Of a stretch of DNA of 32,000 nucleotides, positions 26,187 through 32,000 are shown in pieces. The stretch's first letter is position 1. Each line of letters opens with the position of its first letter. A program made the translations under genes and the position numbers. This DNA comes from Vulcanisaeta distributa DSM 14429 (GTDB lineage: Archaea; Thermoproteota; Thermoprotei; Thermoproteales; Thermocladiaceae). Under the pieces are notes generated by a model. That model had not been told where the DNA came from. It did no database searches and saw only the letters and a program-made list of their open reading frames with translations. The stretch lies in NCBI RefSeq assembly GCF_000148385.1, contig NC_014537.1:1140001-1172000 (forward strand), in the 5' to 3' direction.

Positions 26187-27101
26187 TTACCACGTAATGA
26201 GACCCTCGAGGTTGTGTAGCTCGATTGGCGTTAGGTATTGAATTCTTAATGCAGCAATCCTATTGCCTAAATCGCAGGAATTCATGGGACTCAGACCATG
26301 CATGATGCCAGCCATGTAGGCAGCATCAAATGTATCACCAGCGCCTATTGTTGTCACTGCATTACTCACGTTATAAGGTTGGCATTGATGAATTACTCCA
26401 TTATGTACCAGGGCGGCGCCCTTACTGCCTAGCTTCACTACGGCAATAACGTCAGTACCACGTGTGGTGTTGGCTAAACCATTTATATCACCAAATAACC
26501 TCCTCATCTCCTTCTCATTCATAAAGACAGTACTTACTGACTTAATGAGGTTAATCATGAGGTCTATGTTATTAATGGAGGGTCCCGTATCGAGGAATAT
26601 AGGGACTGAGTACTTACGGGCAATTCTAATTACCTCTGCGAATACTTTGATAATGTCTCTCGTAAATGAGGCATAGAAGCCATTGATAAATACAGCCCTC
26701 GAATTCCTGATAATATTCTCATTAATATCATCTATCGTTAGTTCCTTACCAACGCCTAGGTAACCCATGAATGCGTGGTCATCAGCGCCAATTATATTAT
26801 TGGATATTGTTACGAAACCACGCACCCTTTTTATAAATCCCGTGTGCACGCCGACGTCATTAAGGTACTTAATGAGTATGTCGGAGAATGGGTCACCACC
26901 AACCCTATCAATGACTGCGACCTTAAGGCCTAGTTTACGGGCTACTATAGCTGTTGTGCATGCACCGCCGGGTGATAGGGCAATTATATCGGATACGGCA
27001 ACGTCACCAGCCTTAATAGGTAATTCCCTAACCCTATAATAAATATCTAAGACGCAGTCAGAGATTATCATTAGGTCAAATTTATCCTCATTATTACTCA
27101 T
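26187..27101 (-). CDS. PfkB-family carbohydrate kinase (ribokinase / 2-keto-3-deoxygluconate-kinase-like)
   Basis: It has a GGA/GG motif region (SPGGACTTA) and the C-terminal PfkB signature TIGAGDTFDAAYMAG. The track start is 27146. ATG 27101 is preferred, and it overlaps the upstream MFS stop by 8 nt. Confidence 0.85.
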   Translation of the reverse strand: MSNNEDKFDLMIISDCVLDIYYRVRELPIKAGDVAVSDIIALSPGGACTTAIVARKLGLKVAVIDRVGGDPFSDILIKYLNDVGVHTGFIKRVRGFVTISNNIIGADDHAFMGYLGVGKELTIDDINENIIRNSRAVFINGFYASFTRDIIKVFAEVIRIARKYSVPIFLDTGPSINNIDLMINLIKSVSTVFMNEKEMRRLFGDINGLANTTRGTDVIAVVKLGSKGAALVHNGVIHQCQPYNVSNAVTTIGAGDTFDAAYMAGIMHGLSPMNSCDLGNRIAALRIQYLTPIELHNLEGLITW

Positions 27102-28335
27102 GTTCCCACGCACTAATACTAATTCCCTTACCAGTCTCAGCACCAATTAAGTACCAGGTAAGGGATGCCGCAAAACCAACACTGAATATTGCGGTCGCCA
27201 ATACTAAGTATGAGCTCACTGGCAGGTAAGATGATAGGAATATCACAGGTATTGAACCACCCAATGACATAACCCTAACAGCCGCGGTGTAGGAGCCCCT
27301 GCGCCTCGTAACCCAATACTCAGATTTTAGTGTGTCCTCGGTTAGGAAGTATGTATTTACGAGTATTGAAAATAGTATGAAGAGCGCCCAGAAGATGTAT
27401 TGATCGTTCACGAGACTGCTAATTAGTGATAGTATGAGTAATGAGGTAATTAGGGATCCTAACGATGAAGTAAGTAACAGTAACTTTCTACTAACCTTAT
27501 CGGCAAACATGCTCACTGGTATTCCGGAGATGAAGGACGCCACCGAGAAGGTGAAAATAAGCCAATTAGTAAGGTTAGGGAAGTAGTAGGGCCCGAAGGT
27601 TAATACCATTAATGTGAAGCCCGCTGTATATGACCAGCCAATTAAGCCACCAATCACTATCCTAACTGATAATGGTGGTAACATTACTGATGTACGATTA
27701 CCTTCCTCCTTAATTAAATCAGGCCACTGACCCTCGGGGATTACCTTCCTAGCCCTGAGCCAGTATGGTGATTCAGGAATTAATGACCTAAGTAGGTAAA
27801 GCACTGGGATTATTATGAGTATTGTCAGCCCAAGTGCGAGTTTTTGAAGCACTACCGATGTTATGTTTGCCAGGGCTAGGGCCGTTGCTAAGGCACCGCC
27901 GAAATTCGTAAAGTTAAGTATTAAGTAAACAGCACGGCTCCTGATGCTACTTGGGAAGTATTCATGGGATGAGATCATAACCGTATTATACTCACCTCCA
28001 ACGGCGAGCATTAGTATGGCTATGGAAAATAGCAATAATGCGTAGTTAATACTAAGTATTAGGCTCACGGAACCCACTACGTACATAATCAACGATAAGT
28101 AAAGGCTCCTCTTCCTACCAATGGCATCTGAGATAGGCCCCATTACGGCATCGCCGATTAGTAGCCATAGAGGCGGCCAAATAGATAGTAGGGCAATTAA
28201 GGCTCTTGGTACCGAGACCCAGCCAGAGGCTATGTAGGCTATGGAATATATGTAGGCCTCAATCGTGGTACTTATGGAAAACACCGTGAAAATTAGTGCA
28301 TGTATCCTGCTCCATTTTTCGTACCTAACCATCAT
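27094..28335 (-). CDS. MFS transporter (sugar/solute porter-like), first gene of a two-gene operon with the PfkB kinase
   Basis: 413 aa with about 12 TM segments and the MFS motif GPISDAIGRKRSLYLS in loop 2-3. Its stop overlaps the kinase start. Confidence 0.8.
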   Translation of the reverse strand: MMVRYEKWSRIHALIFTVFSISTTIEAYIYSIAYIASGWVSVPRALIALLSIWPPLWLLIGDAVMGPISDAIGRKRSLYLSLIMYVVGSVSLILSINYALLLFSIAILMLAVGGEYNTVMISSHEYFPSSIRSRAVYLILNFTNFGGALATALALANITSVVLQKLALGLTILIIIPVLYLLRSLIPESPYWLRARKVIPEGQWPDLIKEEGNRTSVMLPPLSVRIVIGGLIGWSYTAGFTLMVLTFGPYYFPNLTNWLIFTFSVASFISGIPVSMFADKVSRKLLLLTSSLGSLITSLLILSLISSLVNDQYIFWALFILFSILVNTYFLTEDTLKSEYWVTRRRGSYTAAVRVMSLGGSIPVIFLSSYLPVSSYLVLATAIFSVGFAASLTWYLIGAETGKGISISAWEHE

Positions 28336-28336
28336 G

Positions 28337-28354
28337 ATAGGATAATTATCCTAT
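28337..28354. promoter_or_regulatory. 18-bp perfect palindrome ATAGGATAATTATCCTAT; candidate operator of the MFS-PfkB operon
   Basis: All nine base pairs were verified position by position. It starts 2 nt upstream of the ATG at 28335 and abuts the TATA box at 28354-28361. Confidence 0.45.
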
Positions 28355-28361
28355 TTATAAA
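28354..28361 (-). promoter_or_regulatory. TATA box (TTTATAAA) of the MFS-PfkB operon
   Basis: It is centred about 23 nt upstream of the ATG at 28335. This is consistent with a leaderless or near-leaderless transcript. Confidence 0.45.
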
Positions 28362-28442
28362 TAATTCCTAAATGAACTTATGGATGAATTAAGGTATTAT
28401 TTGCGTAAGAAATATTAATTCGTTCATAATCATTAATAAATA

Positions 28443-29198
28443 ATGGATGTTTCGTTGATTTTGGGTGTTGTTGGGCCTATTGTTACCATAGTTACGATTT
28501 TGGGTACGACGCTTTATTGGCTTGGTGGTAAGTTTAAGGAGATTGAAATGAGATTTAGGGAGATAGACATGAGGTTTAGGGAGATTAATGAGCGTTTCGG
28601 GCAAATCGATGAGAGATTCAAACAAATCGACAAGAGATTTGAAGAAATTGACGAGAGATTCGAAAAAATCGATGAGAGATTCGACAAGCTAGAAAAGGAC
28701 TTAAAGAGCTACGTAGACACCAAATTTAGCGAACTCAGGGGTTATGTTGACTCGAGAATTAATGAATTGAGGAGCTATGTCGATTTAAAATTTAATGAAT
28801 TTAGGAGTTACGTGGATGGGAGGTTTAATAGGCTTGTCAATATTATCACTGGTCAGAATGAGTTCATTACCGAGTTCCTTGGTTTTAGGGGTGTTCTTGA
28901 TAGTAAGGATGTGAGTTTCGTTAAGGCTACATTACGTAGCATGGTCACTGCAGCCACTAACCCGCTTACGGAGGCTGAGAAAAGGAGGTTGCTTGAGCTT
29001 ATTGATAAGGATGAATTGACGCTTGAGGAGGCTGATGAGTTATTGCAATTGGCCAGAAAGTTCGTTATGGAGTACGGTGATAGGGGGCCTGATGTTTGGA
29101 AGATGCTGTGGTATGCGTCCGTAATGCATGGTATAACGCTTAGGAAGCTTGAGGAGAAGAGGTCGAAGGAGGGTCAAGGAGGGAGTTCCAGTGGATAG
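28443..29198 (+). CDS. Membrane-anchored coiled-coil repeat protein (8 heptads then 4 hendecads) with a helical C-terminal domain; function unknown
   Basis: It has an N-terminal TM helix (SLILGVVGPIVTIVTILGTTLYWL). Residues 29-84 are eight x-R/K-F-x-x-I-D heptads. Residues 89-132 are four S-Y-V-D-x-K/R-F/I-x-E-L/F-R 11-mers. A ~110-aa Leu/Glu-rich domain and a Gly/Ser tail follow. TATA-like AATATTAA lies at 28411-28418. Confidence 0.7.
   Translation: MDVSLILGVVGPIVTIVTILGTTLYWLGGKFKEIEMRFREIDMRFREINERFGQIDERFKQIDKRFEEIDERFEKIDERFDKLEKDLKSYVDTKFSELRGYVDSRINELRSYVDLKFNEFRSYVDGRFNRLVNIITGQNEFITEFLGFRGVLDSKDVSFVKATLRSMVTAATNPLTEAEKRRLLELIDKDELTLEEADELLQLARKFVMEYGDRGPDVWKMLWYASVMHGITLRKLEEKRSKEGQGGSSSG
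28527..28694 (+). repeat. Eight tandem 21-bp in-frame repeats (heptad units)
   Basis: Example units are caaatcgatgagagattcaaa, caaatcgacaagagatttgaa, gaaattgacgagagattcgaa and aaaatcgatgagagattcgac. The 21-nt periodicity is visible directly in the DNA. Confidence 0.85.
28707..28838 (+). repeat. Four tandem 33-bp in-frame repeats (hendecad units)
   Basis: They encode SYVDTKFSELR, GYVDSRINELR, SYVDLKFNEFR and SYVDGRFNRLV. Confidence 0.8.
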
Positions 29199-29209
29199 TT
29201 ATTTAATTA
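29199..29209 (+). promoter_or_regulatory. TATA box for pelota
   Basis: TTATTTAATTA is centred about 27 nt upstream of the GTG start at 29231. Confidence 0.45.
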
Positions 29210-29230
29210 CCTAAGTTCGTTGGTTCTCCC

Positions 29231-30283
29231 GTGAAGCTTAACTTTGGTAAGGATTGGGTCGATTTCGTAGTTGAGGGTGAGGATGACCTATATGTCGTTT
29301 ATTTGCTAATTGATTCGGGCGACGTTATTTATGGTTGGACTGTCAGGGAGTTCAGGGGTAGGGAGGGTTCCAGGGGTGAGAGGGTTAAGATTTATGTGGG
29401 CCTTAGGGTTGAGGGTCTTGAGTATCATGCGTTTAGGGGTTCACTTAGGGTTAGGGGCGTGTTGATAGAGGTTCCTGAGTGGTTTGAGGGTGCCAAGGGT
29501 AGTCACCACACGATGGAGTTGTCATACGGGCTTGAGTATAGGTTGGTTAAGTCGGGCGGTATTGATAGGGAGTTCATTAGTAAGGTTTTGGAGATGTTCA
29601 GTGGTGCATCAATAAGTGTGTTATTGGTTTCGGTCTCAATGGAGGAGGTCGCCGTTGCCCACATTCGTAGGTTTGGTAGAGAGTTGCTTGGGACGATACC
29701 GATACAGGCCGGCGGTAAGGAGAGTGAGGACTCACTTGATAGGTTTAGGAGGTCCCTTAGGAATGTGCTTACTCAGGTTAGGCAGTGGGTTCAGGTTAGG
29801 AGGCCTACGCATATGGTTGTTGTTGGGAATCACATGACGTTGTCCATGGCTAGGGACGTGATTAATGAGGAACTGGGTAAGTTGGGTATACCAATTATTT
29901 ATCATGAGCAGGGCGAGGGTGGTTTAGCTGGTGTTTATGAGTTTGAGAGGGTTGGCGGTGATGTTCTTAGGAAGTTGAATATAAGCCTTGGACGGGAATA
30001 TGTCGATGAGGTATTCAATAGGTTGGGTGCGGGTAGTGGATTAGTGGCTATTGGTATTGATGAGGTTAAAAAAGCACTTGAGTTTGGTGCGGTAGAGACG
30101 TTGATAGTGCTTGACGAGACCTATAAGGAGAGGGGTGGTGAAATGAGGGAATTAGTTGGTATGGTGTTGAGGACGAGAGCTAACCTTGTGATAATACCGT
30201 CAAGTACCGAGGGTGGTGAGAAATTGAGGGGCATTGGTGGTGTTGCCGCGTTGCTAAGGTTTCCTATTTCTTCTCAGCCTTAG
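29231..30283 (+). CDS. pelA: Pelota (Dom34 homolog), mRNA surveillance / ribosome rescue factor
   Basis: 350 aa. The N-terminal Sm-like domain reads DDLYVVYLLIDSGDVIYGWTVREF...ERVKIYVGLRVEGLEYHAFRGSLRVRG. The central and C-terminal domains are eRF1-like (ALEFGAVETLIVLDE). The start codon is GTG. Confidence 0.9.
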   Translation: MKLNFGKDWVDFVVEGEDDLYVVYLLIDSGDVIYGWTVREFRGREGSRGERVKIYVGLRVEGLEYHAFRGSLRVRGVLIEVPEWFEGAKGSHHTMELSYGLEYRLVKSGGIDREFISKVLEMFSGASISVLLVSVSMEEVAVAHIRRFGRELLGTIPIQAGGKESEDSLDRFRRSLRNVLTQVRQWVQVRRPTHMVVVGNHMTLSMARDVINEELGKLGIPIIYHEQGEGGLAGVYEFERVGGDVLRKLNISLGREYVDEVFNRLGAGSGLVAIGIDEVKKALEFGAVETLIVLDETYKERGGEMRELVGMVLRTRANLVIIPSSTEGGEKLRGIGGVAALLRFPISSQP

Positions 30284-30665
30284 TTATCTCGCTCTTTGGC
30301 GACCCCTGGTTTATTATCTGCGTTATCTTATCATAAGCCTCCAGGATAAGTACCATTGACTTAACGAGTTCATTTATCCTATCAATGTCCTTAGTCTCTT
30401 TAAGCTCGTTATTAATCATTACAAGTCTTTCATATAGCGTGTCTCTAATGTCCATGAGGCCGTACCTAATCATGACCTCCTTCTCCTCGGCATCGGACCT
30501 AACGATGACCACGGGCCTATCACAATTCGCACAGTAGTACTCACCGGTTTTCAACCTTAGTAGCGGAGTACCGCAGACTGGGCATGTGTAGCTGGTCAGT
30601 GTTGCCCCGGCCCTAATTAATTGCGCCATTTTCTTGGCAACCAAGTCCCTACTACTGACACTCAC
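30264..30665 (-). CDS. UPF0148 / autoantigen-p27-like zinc-ribbon protein
   Basis: 133 aa. LIRAGATLTSYTCPVCGTPLLRLKTGEYYCANCDRPV is a CxxC...CxxC zinc ribbon, followed by a helical tail. The start is GTG 30665, with minus-strand TTTATAA (30690-30696) about 28 nt upstream. Confidence 0.75.
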   Translation of the reverse strand: MSVSSRDLVAKKMAQLIRAGATLTSYTCPVCGTPLLRLKTGEYYCANCDRPVVIVRSDAEEKEVMIRYGLMDIRDTLYERLVMINNELKETKDIDRINELVKSMVLILEAYDKITQIINQGSPKSEITKAEKK

Positions 30666-30751
30666 GTTGCTAAACCTAATGCAACCTGCTTATAAACCCA
30701 ACGAAGCAATGCCCAAGTTAAGTATTTTAAGGCCTTGATTAAACTCTTCGT

Positions 30752-30806
30752 TAAGTGATGAGTGACATGCCATGTGACTGGTGATCGATCCTGGGGTACC
30801 TGATCC
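30752..30806 (+). ncRNA. C/D box sRNA candidate 2 (2'-O-methylation guide)
   Basis: The layout is C box GUGAUGA at 30755-30761 (perfect), a 12-nt spacer, D' GUGA at 30774-30777, a 3-nt linker, C' GUGAUCG at 30781-30787 (degenerate), a 12-nt spacer, and D CUGA at 30800-30803 (perfect). TATTTTAA at 30723-30730 would place a TSS 1-3 nt before the C box. The candidate is intergenic and antisense to both flanking genes. Confidence 0.6.
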
Positions 30807-30814
30807 ATTGCCAA

Positions 30815-32000
30815 TTATTTCAATTGACCATAAGTCCTCCCAAGCCAGTATCCCCTTGCTATGGCTTTTCCTATTGATGGTTGGTCTCTGTAAACACTGT
30901 GAATCACCACATCGGCCTTTACGGACTCTGGCGACTTTACGAACTCAACACCCAACTCCCTATACTTCTCCATCAATAGGTATGCCCTAGCCCTATCGAG
31001 ACCCCTAAACACATTATCCGTAACATAAACCTCATTACGCCTAACCCACTCAAATACGTAATCTTGATATGCATAGAGGTTGGAATCAAGGAGTATCCTC
31101 AAACCCCTGTAATCCTTAAACTCGGGTTGGCGTTCCTTAGGCACGGCATAAATAACATTACCTCCATCATCCTTAAACTCTGTGTTAAGATAAACCTTAA
31201 CGCCTAACCCCTTCAGCTCCCTCTCGTAATAATCCACAAGCCTCATGAATTCAGCCCTCTTATACGGATCCCTGATCTCATTAAGTTGTCCACCAAGCTT
31301 ATCACCCTTTTCATAAAGTTTCACATCAAAACCCCGTAAAGCCAATATACGTGCCGCCTCCATACCCATTAACCCACCACCAACGACAACGACTTCGCCG
31401 AACCCCTTAGGCGGTGTAGGAAGCAGTTCCCAACCAAGTTCTGGATTAACATCACACCTAACCTCCCTAGTGGCTAGTAACCTACATGATTGATTACACC
31501 TAATGCACGGCCTAATCGGCATGTTAAGCCTAACCTTAATCGGCCAATCAGGGTCAGCGAGTAATTGCCTGCCAATGACAACGGCATCCGCGACCTCAAG
31601 GACCTTCACGGCATCCTCTGGCGTAGAGATAGAGCCTACCAGGAATAGTGGTAATTTAGTCGTTGATCTAACAACCTTAGCCTCATCAATGAAGCTCGGT
31701 CTTTTATAGTAAAAGGGCATTGAGCTTCCCAATGGTCCGTCCCTACCAGCCGATAGATGAACGTAATCAAGTAATCCCTCAACCCTCTTAATAATTTTGG
31801 CAACCATCTCTGGTGTCAAGCCCTCGTTGTCGAACTCGGTAACTGAAATCCTCAGGCCAATGGGTATGGACACCACACTCCTAACCTCTTTAAGAAGCTC
31901 CTCAAGGAATATAACGCCATCCCTATACCTATCACTCCTCCTATTTACGGCCGGCGATAGAAATTGAGCTATTAAATATCCGTGCGCTCCATGAAGCTCA
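30815..32000 (-). CDS. NADH:flavin oxidoreductase of the Old Yellow Enzyme / 2,4-dienoyl-CoA reductase family (5'-truncated by the window edge)
   Basis: The frame stays open upstream of the track's GTG at 31876. Positions 31877-31999 translate to [25 protein letters not shown], the OYE TIM-barrel signature. Downstream there is a Cys cluster (CIRCNQSC...C) and a Rossmann motif ([14 protein letters not shown]). Confidence 0.85.
   Translation of the reverse strand, partial: ELHGAHGYLIAQFLSPAVNRRSDRYRDGVIFLEELLKEVRSVVSIPIGLRISVTEFDNEGLTPEMVAKIIKRVEGLLDYVHLSAGRDGPLGSSMPFYYKRPSFIDEAKVVRSTTKLPLFLVGSISTPEDAVKVLEVADAVVIGRQLLADPDWPIKVRLNMPIRPCIRCNQSCRLLATREVRCDVNPELGWELLPTPPKGFGEVVVVGGGLMGMEAARILALRGFDVKLYEKGDKLGGQLNEIRDPYKRAEFMRLVDYYERELKGLGVKVYLNTEFKDDGGNVIYAVPKERQPEFKDYRGLRILLDSNLYAYQDYVFEWVRRNEVYVTDNVFRGLDRARAYLLMEKYRELGVEFVKSPESVKADVVIHSVYRDQPSIGKAIARGYWLGRTYGQLK

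Noticed and set aside
28389-28625. 78-aa minus-strand ORF across the MFS / coiled-coil intergenic region
   Set aside because: It runs through the promoter region and is antisense to the repeat gene's 5' end. Its product is low-complexity Asn/Leu-rich.
28527-28838. The tandem 21-bp and 33-bp periodicity considered as a CRISPR-like or satellite array
   Set aside because: The repeats are contiguous with no spacers and stay in frame in a long ORF. They encode clean heptad and hendecad protein repeats, so they are coding repeats rather than a CRISPR array.
30781-30990. 69-aa + strand ORF starting at GTG 30781
   Set aside because: It begins inside the C/D sRNA candidate and is antisense to the well-supported flavoenzyme C-terminus. 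It carries no motif.

Overview
The window looks like a crenarchaeal chromosome segment. This is an inference from the unsplit rpoB with split rpoA1/rpoA2, a thermosome, TATA boxes about 27 nt upstream of start codons, GGTGAT Shine-Dalgarno motifs inside operons, and AGG/AAG/ATA-rich codon usage. A Thermoproteales-like organism (Vulcanisaeta/Caldivirga type) is a guess, not verified.

Positions 1-19.8 kb are core housekeeping genes: rpoK, thermosome, signal peptidase I, a GNAT acetyltransferase, apgM, cutA, an aldo/keto reductase, thiE, a small MscS-like channel, an Obg/YchF-family GTPase and argS. They are followed by the conserved cluster rpoH-rpoB-rpoA1-rpoA2 / rpl30e-nusA-rps12.

Positions 19.8-29.2 kb look accessory. 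They hold a secreted glycoprotein candidate, a macro-domain protein, an archaeal AAA ATPase with a wHTH tail, two MFS transporters (one translationally coupled to a PfkB kinase) and a DsrE-like protein. They also hold a sharply low-GC 1.6 kb block that is a single 525-aa orphan ORF, and a membrane-anchored repeat protein. Pelota, a UPF0148 zinc-ribbon protein and a partial OYE/2,4-dienoyl-CoA-reductase-like flavoenzyme close the window.

I found no CRISPR array, tRNA, rRNA or recognisable multi-gene defence system. The observations most worth follow-up are:
- the low-GC orphan ORF, whose central region reads like a degenerate double-LAGLIDADG core;
- a protein switching from eight 7-residue repeats to four 11-residue repeats;
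- two unannotated intergenic C/D box sRNA candidates with canonical box spacing and their own TATA boxes;
- perfect palindromes between the TATA box and the start codon of both MFS genes and of the ATPase gene.

All functional calls come from motif recognition by eye. No database search was run.
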